From: Myxococcota bacterium
GTDB taxonomy: Bacteria > Myxococcota > Myxococcia > Myxococcales > Myxococcaceae
Length of the DNA stretch: 34,228 nucleotides
Direction of reading: 5' to 3'
NCBI GenBank assembly: GCA_049322255.1
Contig: JBMORE010000019.1
Span: 1 to 34,228, forward strand
The position numbers and the translations under genes were made by a program. This document shows, piece by piece, positions 7,626 to 17,009 of this stretch; within the stretch, counting starts at the first letter, position 1; every line of letters begins with the position of its first letter. The notes beneath the pieces were generated by a model. The model made no database searches. It was given only the letters and a program-made list of their open reading frames with translations, and was not told where the DNA came from.

Positions 7626-10045
7626 GTCTCACCTCGGCCAACGCGGCGAATCGGCTTTCGAAACCAGCCCAACAATCCCAGCGCCACCATGAACGGAATT
7701 GGCGCTGGGAGATGATTGCACCCGCACCCGATGCGCAGGTGAAGGGGCCCTGGGCCACCATTCTGGCACTCCGTGGAAACGGCGCAGGGAGCGCCTGCCG
7801 GTACATTCGCCGAGACCGCGATGACGGCGCGGGTGACCCGAAGCGACGGGTCGTAGGTTTGGTACACCAGACCGACGTGCCCCACCGTCGCGGGGGCGAG
7901 CATCAGCTGCGACTCTTCGTACGCCGTTCCCGCGGCCAGCTCCAGCGGCCCCAACCCGCCATCGCGTCGGACTCGGCGCAGGAAGATGTCTTGCCCGGCG
8001 TCTGGAGTGGGGAGCTCGACACCCACCACATAGTCGACTCCGTCGAACACCACCTGCGCCGGTCGTACTTGGCGATACCACGGGTCAGGCGCGGCCTCGG
8101 GGATTGGGGTGGGAGGCACCACTTCGAGAGGCGGGACATCGAGAATGCCGCCGTCGCTGGCGATGCGGGCGCCGTACACCACTTCGACGTTGGACGAGAC
8201 CTTCTCCTGCCAGACGACGAGGAAGTCCTCTTCGTCCGAGGCGACGGTCGGGTCATAGGCTTCCAGAACGTCGTCTCTGAGAATGATGCCGCCGTCGTCC
8301 ATCCGCCGGCCAGAAGAGTCCAAGCGCAAGGCAACGACAAATTCTGGCGTGTAGGACTGGGCGAAGGCGGCCAGCCCCTGTCCGGCAGCATTCACCGCCA
8401 AGGACGGGTCGCTTTGGTGACCGGACCTGGGCCAAAGCACCCGTGGCGGCTCCGCCAGGCCGCCGTCGAGGTCGAAGCGAGCCAGGTAGAGCCCTTCCGC
8501 CGGGTTGGTGCCGTAGTTGGACCACAGCGCCCACAGCTCCTCCCCTGCCTTCGCCAACGAGATGCGGGAGAGGTTTTCCCGATAGTCGCTCGCTCCGAGC
8601 AAGACGGCATCGGAGACAACGCGTGTCTGCGGGTCGACGAAGGCCAGCCAGGGACGATAGACGCCCCACCACACGTGCTCTCGCCACGCCACCGCGAATC
8701 GGCGGCCGGTCCACGCGACGCTGGGGCGGTCTTCGTCCTCCGAATCCCGGCTGATTTGAAGGGGGGGCTCGAGCACCTTTCCCTCCTCATCGGCACGCGC
8801 TGCCCAGATGTCTCGTTCTTTGCCGCGGGTATCGGCCCAGACGACGAAGAAGGTGGAGTCGTCGAAGGCCACGGCGGGCTCGCCATTTCGATGCGACAAG
8901 GAAAGCAGCGCGCCTGCATCGGCGACGTCCAACGTGGTTGGCAGCTGGGCGGCATATGGCGCACCCGCACCCCAACGACGCGTATCGAACCACACCAGAA
9001 TCCCTCCGTCGCCGCTCGCCGCCGGACGGTGCTCGTATTGTCGATCGCCAGGCGGAAAGGACTTCCGGACGAGCCCACCATCGGCGTCCCACCGCGAAAG
9101 AAAGAGCTCGTGCGCATCGAGCTCTTCCACCACGAGCCAGGAGTCACCACTGACGACGGCGCGCGCGCCTCTCACGGATCGTCCAGACCCAAGGCGTACC
9201 GGAGCGGGATCGAGCACCGAACCATCCGGGGCTAGCCGACGAGCGAACACATCTGTCGCAGATTCGCCCTCGAGCCACAACACCAGCGCCTGTTGAGGCC
9301 CTCCCGCTACGGTGGGCGAGGTCGAGGAGGGTTGCTGGCCAAGCGCGATGGGTGCGCTCGCCCCCGCCGCTGACACCACGACCGCGCGAACCTCGAACCC
9401 TTGCGCAATGCCGCTCTCCCACGTGACGACGAAGTCGCTCCCGGCCGCCGCGACATGAGGCTCACCCAGCGTTCCCGGAAACATTGAAAGGACGTTCCCC
9501 GACGGCTGACCGGAGTCGCTCACCCTACGCCCGACGATTCCGCTCTCGTTCCACACCACCAGGTACTCGCTTCCATTCCACGCGGTGGCGGTTCGGGCGC
9601 GGCTCACCGACGCCGGGTCGGACAGCTCCACCGGAGCGGACCAGGTACCTTGGGTGACATCGACGGTGAGGACCATGATGCGCTGATTGAAATCCCGGAA
9701 AGCCACCAGGCAACTGGAGGCTGCGCACGCCACCGAGGGCTCCCACACCCCGCCTGGGTGCCAAGCCAGCTCCAGCCCCGCCGGGTCGAGCGACCGTCCC
9801 GTGCCGTCGAGCCGCGCCCCCATCACCGCCGGACTAAAGAAGCCAGTGCGGTGGTCCGTCCACACCGCCAGGTAGCCTCCGGCGTAGGAGGCGACACCCA
9901 GCCTCCACTGGCCTTCCGCACCGTCGGTAAGGACGGCGGGCCCGATGTCGACCGGGTTCGCCGCCGACACCGAAGCAGCCACCGCAGGCATGGCAACCAG
10001 CCACACGAGCGTGACGGCCGCGGCCCTGGGCCCACGACCAAACAT
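7622..10045 (-). CDS. Secreted beta-repeat protein with MYXO-CTERM-like tail
   Basis: Signal peptide, about a dozen ~55-aa repeats of the form PxVAxxxxx[YF]LVVW...ARxxxxGxxLD, and C-terminus LRIGCGC + PFMVALGLLGWF + RKPIRR. Confidence 0.85.
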   Translation of the reverse strand: MFGRGPRAAAVTLVWLVAMPAVAASVSAANPVDIGPAVLTDGAEGQWRLGVASYAGGYLAVWTDHRTGFFSPAVMGARLDGTGRSLDPAGLELAWHPGGVWEPSVACAASSCLVAFRDFNQRIMVLTVDVTQGTWSAPVELSDPASVSRARTATAWNGSEYLVVWNESGIVGRRVSDSGQPSGNVLSMFPGTLGEPHVAAAGSDFVVTWESGIAQGFEVRAVVVSAAGASAPIALGQQPSSTSPTVAGGPQQALVLWLEGESATDVFARRLAPDGSVLDPAPVRLGSGRSVRGARAVVSGDSWLVVEELDAHELFLSRWDADGGLVRKSFPPGDRQYEHRPAASGDGGILVWFDTRRWGAGAPYAAQLPTTLDVADAGALLSLSHRNGEPAVAFDDSTFFVVWADTRGKERDIWAARADEEGKVLEPPLQISRDSEDEDRPSVAWTGRRFAVAWREHVWWGVYRPWLAFVDPQTRVVSDAVLLGASDYRENLSRISLAKAGEELWALWSNYGTNPAEGLYLARFDLDGGLAEPPRVLWPRSGHQSDPSLAVNAAGQGLAAFAQSYTPEFVVALRLDSSGRRMDDGGIILRDDVLEAYDPTVASDEEDFLVVWQEKVSSNVEVVYGARIASDGGILDVPPLEVVPPTPIPEAAPDPWYRQVRPAQVVFDGVDYVVGVELPTPDAGQDIFLRRVRRDGGLGPLELAAGTAYEESQLMLAPATVGHVGLVYQTYDPSLRVTRAVIAVSANVPAGAPCAVSTECQNGGPGPLHLRIGCGCNHLPAPIPFMVALGLLGWFRKPIRRVGRGET

Positions 10046-10052
10046 GCCTTCC

Positions 10053-11948
10053 TTAGGGGTACTCGTAGGTGATTTGAAGGTACGGCTCGTTGGTGAACGA
10101 GTCTCCCATCGTCACGGTGAGGGCGTCTGAATTCCCATCCGCGCTGCTGTCGGTAGGAACGAAGCGCAGGCGGTATTGGCTTTGGGTTCCCCGATTGGCC
10201 CGGTTGGCCCAGTCGTCGTTCACCTTGGCGGTGGCAGTCACGAAGCGGTACCCGCAGCAGCTGGTGGCGAGGGCGCGCGACTCTCCCGCAAGAACGGGGG
10301 CCGCCAACGCCGACACGTCGGGCGCACCCGTGAAGCTCACGCTCTCTGCTTGGAGTGTGCCCAACTCGGTGAAGGGGTTTCCAATGCTGCTGGCAAGATT
10401 CACGTAGAGGGTGGCGCTGGTGATGGCGGTGAGCGTCGTGGGCAGGCTGGACAGGTTGAACCGCAAGAAGACGTTTCGGTAGAAGTCGTTCGAATCGTCA
10501 CCTACCAGGGCCTGGGTGCCGCTCGTGCTGCTGCTACCGTTGCTGCTGACCGAGCCGTCCAGCGAGCCGGTGCTGGTGATGGTCACCGTCGCCTGCTGCA
10601 CCACCCGAAAGGAGCGAAGCTGTGGCGCCCCCTGCAAGGCGTTGCCGGCGAGGTCTTGCGCTTGGCTGTTGATGCGCCAAGTGACGGTGGCACCGTAGGG
10701 CAAGGTGGCCGGAGGGTCGTAGGTCATCTCCGTTCCCGCGGTGTTCCAGGACAAGACGCCCCCGGCAAAGCCGGAGGGGTTGGTGATGGCAAAGGCGTTC
10801 TGGACCGAGGCCTGGTCCATCGGCTCGGAAAACAGCACGGTGATGTTGGAAAAAGGGCTCGCCCCCGTCGCGTTGTTCGCGGGCGTGGAGCTGACCAGGG
10901 TGGGAGGGGTGGTGTCGGGCACCAGCGCCGTGCGGAAAAAGAAGGTGAAATCGGCGGCCAAGGCGTTGCCCGCGACGTCTTGGGCACCGGTGGCGATGCG
11001 CACGCTGTAGGAGGTGTCACCGCCCAACGATGACTGAGGCTGGCAGGTCATCAGCTTGGAGCTGCTGTCCCAGGTGAAGGTGCAGCTCACCGCCGGCGTC
11101 GCCGAAAACGCTCCTTGCGCGCTCGCTCGGTTCATCGGCTCGGAGAAGGTGACCGAGATGTTGGTGGTGGAGGGAACCCCAGCGGCGTTGTTGGCTGGCG
11201 AGGTGTTGAGCACGGTGGGCCGCGTGGCGTCTGCTCCGGTGCTGAAGCCAAAGCGGGTGCTTCCGCTCAAGTCCCGGCCGCCGAGGTCCTTCCCGGCGAT
11301 GTCCACGGTGTACGGGGTGCCGTTGGCAAGCGGCGCCGGCGGGGCGTTGAAGGAAACCGTCTTGTTGTCGCTGGTCCACTCCGGTGTTCCCGGGTCGTAG
11401 GCCGGGTTCAGGGTGAGGCTCACCGTCCCCGTCTCCATCGCCTTGCTGAAAGTGACCGACAGCCGGGTGTCGGCGGCCACGTTGGCGGCTTGGTCGGGAG
11501 GAGTGGTCGCCACCACCGTGGGAGGGACGAGGTCGGGCGAGGTCTGGGTGGTGAAGGTGACGAGGGTGGCGGCGAGGATGTTCCCCGCCAGGTCCTGACC
11601 GGAGATGCTCACTGCGAAGGTGGTGCCAAAGGAAAGATCGGCCGCCGGAGTGAGCCGTAAGAGCGTGTCTTGGATCTCCCAGGTGGGCAGACCCAAAGAG
11701 ACGTCGGGCGAGATGGCCACCCGGACGCTCGCCGTGTTCATCGCCTCCGAGAACTCGAAGGACAGCGGTGAGCTGACCGGTACGTCGGTGGCTCCGTGCG
11801 CGGGCACGCTCGCTGTCAACGAAGGGGAGGTGACGTCGTCGCCTCCTCCTCCGCCTCCTCCGTCGACACCCGGAGAAGAGCTGCCACAGCCGGTGACCAG
11901 CACGGTCACGAGCACGACCACCGCCCCCTTCAGTGTCCTTGTGCGCAT
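10053..11948 (-). CDS. Lipoprotein with four Big_5 (SbsA-type Ig-like) domains and a C-terminal DNRLRE/CBM96-like domain
   Basis: ATG at 11948 follows AAGAGGAG. Lipobox LVTGC. Four repeats DxxxPx(L/V)xxxxPxxxAxxV...FS[EK]xM...DxAGN-like. C-terminal FLRFNLSSLP...ITSATL...PYLQITY. Confidence 0.9.
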   Translation of the reverse strand: MRTRTLKGAVVVLVTVLVTGCGSSSPGVDGGGGGGGDDVTSPSLTASVPAHGATDVPVSSPLSFEFSEAMNTASVRVAISPDVSLGLPTWEIQDTLLRLTPAADLSFGTTFAVSISGQDLAGNILAATLVTFTTQTSPDLVPPTVVATTPPDQAANVAADTRLSVTFSKAMETGTVSLTLNPAYDPGTPEWTSDNKTVSFNAPPAPLANGTPYTVDIAGKDLGGRDLSGSTRFGFSTGADATRPTVLNTSPANNAAGVPSTTNISVTFSEPMNRASAQGAFSATPAVSCTFTWDSSSKLMTCQPQSSLGGDTSYSVRIATGAQDVAGNALAADFTFFFRTALVPDTTPPTLVSSTPANNATGASPFSNITVLFSEPMDQASVQNAFAITNPSGFAGGVLSWNTAGTEMTYDPPATLPYGATVTWRINSQAQDLAGNALQGAPQLRSFRVVQQATVTITSTGSLDGSVSSNGSSSTSGTQALVGDDSNDFYRNVFLRFNLSSLPTTLTAITSATLYVNLASSIGNPFTELGTLQAESVSFTGAPDVSALAAPVLAGESRALATSCCGYRFVTATAKVNDDWANRANRGTQSQYRLRFVPTDSSADGNSDALTVTMGDSFTNEPYLQITYEYP

Positions 11949-12044
11949 GTCGAGCTCCTCTTTGCGAATGAGCCAAGGTGCGGCCGGCCGATGACGCTCC
12001 TGAAGGCTGAATCGGACCACCAGCGCCGAGTATAGTCGCGGTCC

Positions 12045-13971
12045 ATGCGGCTTGCTCCCGTGGGCGTTCTGCTGGTGGCGATCAGCGCGAGCGCCTGGGC
12101 GCAGACGAGCTACATTTGGACGGGCGCGGCGGGCACCTCGAGCTGGACGACTCCCGCCAACTGGAGCCCGAACGGAGTACCGGGCGCGGCCGCGGGTGAC
12201 TCGGCCGCCATCAGCTCCGCGGTGACGGTCGACCTCTCCGGCGCGTTGGCCAACCCGCTCGCCGCGCTCGCTGTGCAGGGTGGAGCGACGCTCGCTCTTT
12301 CCGGCTCGACATGGACTCTGGCGGTGACCGATGGCGCTGGAGCATTCATTGTCGGTGGCGCCAGCCCNNNNNNNNNNNNNNNNNNNNNNNNNNNNNNNNN
12401 NNNNNNNNNNNNNNNNNNNNNNNNNNNNNNNNNNNNNNNNNNNNNNNNNNNNNNNNNNNNNNNNNNNGGAGAACCTCGTCGTCCGCGGGGCGGCTTCCTT
12501 GCAGCTGGGGCCAACCGAAGGCATCGAGCTCTCGGGAGCCTTCACTGTGCCCGCCAACGAGGTGGCGGCGGTCGCTCCCTGGAATGGCTCCGGGGGAGGA
12601 AGCTTGGCGCTGCGGGCAGCGAGCGCGTCCATCGACGGGGCGCTCAGCGCCATTGGAATGGGCTATCGCAGGCAGGTCTACTACCAGCCCGGCGAAGGTC
12701 CAGGGGGCGGTACGAGTGACGACGACACGGGTACCCGCGGGGGTGGAGGTGGCGGGGCGCATGGGGGGGCAGGGGGGAAGGGCTCGCTGGGCCTCGACGG
12801 CGGAGCGACCTATGGTTCCTCGACGGCCCCTTTCGATTTCGGGAGCGCCGGCGGAGAGTCCTTCTACCAAGACACCGCGGGGAACGGGGGCGGCGGCATC
12901 TTCATGGACATTCGCGGCGCGCTCGCCGTGAACGGGCTCCTCGCGACCGGCGGGCAGTCCGGAAACTTATGGAGCGGTGGGGGCGCCGGGGGAAGCATCT
13001 TTGTCACCGCGGGCTCGTTCTCCGGCGCGGGAATCATCGACGCCAGCGGAGGTGCTGGAGGAAATACGGCCGGGCAGGAGGGAGGCGGTGGTGGAGGCGG
13101 GCGCATCGCCATCTACACCAAGCTGTCCACCTTCAACGGCATCGTGAGCTCCTCCGGGGGTGCTGCCCTCAACCCGGGCGCTCAGGGAACCATCGTGTTT
13201 CCCCTGGGAGACTCGCTCATCACCCTCGTGACTCCGCCCAAGGACGCGCAGAGCGATGGCCAGCTCTCTTGGAGCGGACCCACGCTTCCTACCGGCGGCG
13301 TCTACACCGTCTACGTCGACGACGACGCCCACCTGGGCGAAGGCGAGCCGTCTGCGAACCATCGGGAGATAGGCGACCCGATGGTGACCAACTCCACCAC
13401 GAGCACCGCCCTGACAGTCAGCGGCTTGATGCCAGGGAGGCAATACTTCTGGCAGGTGGTGGCCCAGGACCCGAACGGAGCCATCCTCGCCGGCTCTACC
13501 CTCTCTCGCTTCGTCGCCTGCGTACCCGGCTCTTGCGTGGCCGCGGATGGCGGCTGGGTCTACGAAGTCCCCGACGGCGGCGCAGCGGCGCCCCAGTTCC
13601 GCTCCACCCCGGGCGCATTTGCCGAGTGCGGCAAGCCCTACGAATACAGCGAAAGCGGCCGGCCTACCCTCACCGGCGTCGATCCATTCTCGTTCACCGC
13701 GCAAGGCCCCGAGGGCTTCGCCGTCGTGGCCGACACCGGAGAGGTGCTCTGGACACCCTCGAGCGAGCAGGAGGGCGTGCATCGGCTGACGCTCACCGCG
13801 AGTGGCCCGGGCGGGTCCGACTCCCAAAGCTGGTCGGTGGTGGTGGTGTGCAAGACCCAGCGAGACCTGCGCACCGGTTGTGACTGCCAAAGCTCAGGGA
13901 GCCTGCCGTTCGTCGCTGCCATCCTCCTCGCGCTCGGGTTCGCCGTCGCCGGGAAGAAAAGACGTCGATGA
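12045..13971 (+). CDS. Secreted Gly-rich protein with Fn3-like and Ig-like domains and MYXO-CTERM-like tail (interrupted by assembly gap)
   Basis: N-terminal part: signal peptide + YIWTGAAGTSSWTTPANWS. Post-gap part: GGGGGAHGG / GGGAGGSI / GGGGGGRI Gly-rich domain, GLMPGRQYFWQVVA, Ig-like domain, LRTGCDC + TM + KKRRR. The two frames are joined only by a 100-N placeholder. Confidence 0.75.
12368..12467. other. Assembly gap (100 N)
   Basis: Run of exactly 100 N, typical of an unknown-length scaffold gap. Confidence 0.98.
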
Positions 13972-13985
13972 CGAACCGGTGACGC

Positions 13986-15146
13986 TCAGGGTGTCCTCGG
14001 CCCAAGCAGAAAACGCATCGCCCCGGGGAATCGCTGCGCCCAGTAGGTCTCATGGTGGGTGGCTCCGGCCTGGATGACATGGAGCAGATCGACGCCCGAC
14101 TGATAGCCGCCAGTGACGTACGTCTGCGCGAGCTGCGCGGTGTTCGCCATGTCATCGCTCGACGGGCCCGAGTCGCCGCTGTCGATGTAGACACGCAGCG
14201 GCCGGGGCATTCTGTTATTTGCGGTGGTGACGAGACCGATAATCACCTGGTTGTCCCACCACGTCGACGGCGACAGCTCGCCGATGAGCCCGAAGACGGC
14301 GGGGTGCTTGGTGCCGGCGTACGCCGACACCAGCCCGCCCAGCGACGAGCCGATGAGGACCGTAGTCTCGCGACCAGCCAGGGTGCGCAGCTCATTGTCG
14401 ACGCGCGGCTTGAGCTCACTGACCAGCATCGTCAGGTACTGGTCGGCACCGCCCCCGGCGCCGACGTTGCTGTCGCGGGTAGGTGTGTATTCCCAGAGGC
14501 GGTTCGCGGTGTTCGTGACCGCGACGACGAGGGCCTCTTTGAACGCGCCGCTCTCGGCGGCGTCGTCGAACGCCTCGTCGACCCCCCACTCGTTGCCGCT
14601 GAACGCGAGCGTTGGGTCGAAGACGTTCTGGCCATCGTGCATGTAGACGACCGGGTAGTGGGCCCGCGTGTTCTCGAAGTAGCTCGCCGGGTAGTAGACC
14701 CAGATGTCGCGGTCGTTGTTGAGCGTGTTGGAGTGGAACGCGGGCCAGCGCTTCTCGAACCAGCCCTTCACCGTGTTGAAGCGCGGGTAGGCGTCGACGG
14801 TCTCGCCGGGCCGGACTCGATAATTCGGGCCGCGCGACCAGGTGGTGTCGTCGAGGAGCGGCTTCCACTCGGTCTCGGTGACGATCTCGGTGGTGGAGTA
14901 CGTCCACGTGTCGTCGGCGCCCGAGGTGAACGCGACGCCGGTGTTCCAGTTCAGCGGTCCGCCGCTTCCGCGGAGCAAAATGCTGCGCGCACCGGCTGGG
15001 TAGTGCACGCGAATGGTGGTCGCGATTTCGCCGGGGTCCTGACCCGCATCGCTGCCGCCTCCCGCATCGTTGGAGAGCGACGCATCGGGCTGCACCGGGA
15101 CCGGGTTGCAGGCGGCGAGGGCGAGGGCGAATAGGAGCGAGCGCAT
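13986..15146 (-). CDS. Lipoprotein esterase (PF00756-like alpha/beta hydrolase) with N-terminal CBM20-like domain
   Basis: Lipobox LALAAC, IRVHY..LRGSGGPLNW..G N-terminal domain, YPVVYMHDGQN, GSSLGG nucleophile, HHETYW. Confidence 0.9.
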   Translation of the reverse strand: MRSLLFALALAACNPVPVQPDASLSNDAGGGSDAGQDPGEIATTIRVHYPAGARSILLRGSGGPLNWNTGVAFTSGADDTWTYSTTEIVTETEWKPLLDDTTWSRGPNYRVRPGETVDAYPRFNTVKGWFEKRWPAFHSNTLNNDRDIWVYYPASYFENTRAHYPVVYMHDGQNVFDPTLAFSGNEWGVDEAFDDAAESGAFKEALVVAVTNTANRLWEYTPTRDSNVGAGGGADQYLTMLVSELKPRVDNELRTLAGRETTVLIGSSLGGLVSAYAGTKHPAVFGLIGELSPSTWWDNQVIIGLVTTANNRMPRPLRVYIDSGDSGPSSDDMANTAQLAQTYVTGGYQSGVDLLHVIQAGATHHETYWAQRFPGAMRFLLGPRTP

Positions 15147-15258
15147 CGGCGCGTGACCTTAAGTCTGCGCTCGAGGCTCCTGCAAACGCGCCCGAGAGGA
15201 CGCGGCTTCCATTTCGCCGAAGCAGTCGAAGGCACACCGGCGCGACCGACCCGGGGTG

Positions 15259-16074
15259 CTACACCGGCACGCCGAAATCGCGCAGCGCCGCGTTGAGCGA
15301 GGTCTTCTGGTCGGTGCTCTGCTTACGCTGCCCGATGATGAGCGCGCAGGGCACTTGGTAGCTGCCAGCAGGGAACTTCTTCTCCCGCATCCCGGGGATG
15401 ACCACCGAGCGCGCCGGCACCCGGCCCTTGTGCACCTTCTCGGTGGGCCCGGTGACGTCGATGATGGGAGTGGAAGCGGTGAGCACCACGTTGGCGCCCA
15501 AGACTGCCTCCTCTTCCACCACCACGCCCTCCACCACGATGGAGCGGCTGCCGATGAACGCTCCGTCCTCGATGATGACCGGAGACGCCGAGGGCGGCTC
15601 GAGCACGCCGCCCAGGCCCACGCCCCCCGAGAGGTGCACGTTTCTTCCCACCTGGGCGCAGGAGCCGACGGTGGCCCAGGTGTCGACCATCGAGCCGCTG
15701 CCCACGTACGCGCCGATGTTCACATACCCGGGCATCACCACCGCTCCCGGCTCGATGAAAGCCCCGTAACGAACGGTGCCCGGCGGCACCACCCGCACCC
15801 GCGCCTTCTCCAGCCCCTTCTTCAAGGGCACCTTGTCGTAGAATTCGAAGGGCGCCAACTCGATGACCTCGAGCTCGCTCACCGCGAAGAAGAGGAGAAT
15901 GGCTTCCTTCACCCAGGCGTTCACCGTCCACCCGGCCTCACCTTTTTGGGCCACGCGCAGCTTGCCCTGGTCGAGGAGCGCCACCGTCTCGCGCACCGCG
16001 TCGGCGTAGGCCTGGTTCGCCAGCAGCGCCCGGTCGGCGAATGCAGCGGAGATTTTCTTTTCGAGATCGGTCAT
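15259..16074 (-). CDS. dapD: 2,3,4,5-tetrahydropyridine-2,6-dicarboxylate N-succinyltransferase
   Basis: LLDQGKLRVA, WVKEAILLFF, YDKVPLK, RVVPP, YVNIGAYV, MVDTWATVGSCAQVG, GGVLEP and KTSLNAALR match the DapD signature along the full length. Confidence 0.97.
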   Translation of the reverse strand: MTDLEKKISAAFADRALLANQAYADAVRETVALLDQGKLRVAQKGEAGWTVNAWVKEAILLFFAVSELEVIELAPFEFYDKVPLKKGLEKARVRVVPPGTVRYGAFIEPGAVVMPGYVNIGAYVGSGSMVDTWATVGSCAQVGRNVHLSGGVGLGGVLEPPSASPVIIEDGAFIGSRSIVVEGVVVEEEAVLGANVVLTASTPIIDVTGPTEKVHKGRVPARSVVIPGMREKKFPAGSYQVPCALIIGQRKQSTDQKTSLNAALRDFGVPV

Positions 16075-16104
16075 ACCCGAGGGCGTTTAGCAGATAATCC
16101 ACGC

Positions 16105-16992
16105 GTGCTTCCCACCATCGACGGACGGCGCACCTGGAGCCTGCGGGGCCCGATTCTGGCCATCCTGCTGGCGGCACCGCTTGCGTGCACGGTGGACATA
16201 CAGGACTACCGCTTCCGAAGCTGCGACCTGGAGCGGCCCTGTCTCGAGCCGGAAGTCTGCGTGCGCGGGCAGTGCCGTTCAGCCGACGCGACCGCCATCC
16301 CCCACGAGGGTTTGCGCCTGTGGCTGAGCGCCGACCAGGGGGTGATGACCGAAGACGGTGGGGTGCTCCAGTGGAATGACCGCTCCGGAGCCGAGCTGGC
16401 CGCGCTGCAGCCTACCTCGAGCGCTCGTCCGACCTGGTCGCCCGACATCGCCAATGGAGGTCCAGGGGTTCGCTTCGACGGGCTCGACGACTTCCTGACC
16501 TTCACGCTCCCGGTCAACGGCTGGACCTCGATGACCCTCGTGCTGGTGACCGCCTCCGCCGCGAATCATGTCCCGGGCAGCGCCGGCATTCACGCCGCAC
16601 CTCTATTGTGGGACGAGACGGCCGAGTGGGGGCTCGTCTTTCTCAACCCTGGCCCACAGAGCATTCACTTGCGCTTCGGCACTGGGCAAATCGACAACTT
16701 CGCCAGCTTCGGTCGCCCATCGAGCATGGGGACGGCGCTTTCGGTGACGATGGCGGTGAAAGATGGCGGCAGTGAATCGCTGTGGGTCGACGGCGCACCC
16801 GTTCAGAGCTTCGCGGGAAAGCTGTCCACCATCGTCGGCTGCACCGACTTCGCCTACCTGGGACAGGGGCTGATGTCGACCTACTTCCCCGGCACCATCG
16901 CCGAGGTGCTGGTGTACGACCGAGCCCTCGACAGCGCGGAGCGGGCGGCCGTCTTCAGCTACCTGAAGCTGAAATACCCCACGGGAGAATGA
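16105..16992 (+). CDS. Lipoprotein with LamG/concanavalin A-like jellyroll domain
   Basis: GTG at 16105 (the track ORF from 15256 is antisense to dapD). Lipobox APLAC, short Cys-rich segment, GLRLWLSAD, VxxWNDRSG, FDGLDD, FPGTIAEVLVYDRAL...YLKLKY. Confidence 0.85.
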   Translation: MLPTIDGRRTWSLRGPILAILLAAPLACTVDIQDYRFRSCDLERPCLEPEVCVRGQCRSADATAIPHEGLRLWLSADQGVMTEDGGVLQWNDRSGAELAALQPTSSARPTWSPDIANGGPGVRFDGLDDFLTFTLPVNGWTSMTLVLVTASAANHVPGSAGIHAAPLLWDETAEWGLVFLNPGPQSIHLRFGTGQIDNFASFGRPSSMGTALSVTMAVKDGGSESLWVDGAPVQSFAGKLSTIVGCTDFAYLGQGLMSTYFPGTIAEVLVYDRALDSAERAAVFSYLKLKYPTGE

Positions 16993-17009
16993 GGTGGGGG
17001 CTGGGCCGG

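Noticed and set aside
704..9235. Long antisense/shadow ORFs (704..3079-, 3097..4584-, 4040..6271+, 7565..9235+, and similarly 17277..18767+, 20091..21665+, 32719..34218-)
   Set aside because: They mirror well-supported genes on the opposite strand, show no motifs, and are expected from stop-codon scarcity in high-GC DNA.
12368..12467. Apparent frameshift or split of the 12045..13971 gene, and extension of the Big_5 ORF to 12653
   Set aside because: Artefact of the 100-N placeholder. The true gap length is unknown, and the Big_5 gene has a clear SD and ATG at 11948.
15256..16104. N-terminal 283 aa of the 578-aa ORF 15256..16992, suggesting a gene fully overlapping dapD
   Set aside because: It is the antisense of dapD. 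A signal peptide and lipobox appear only after GTG 16105.
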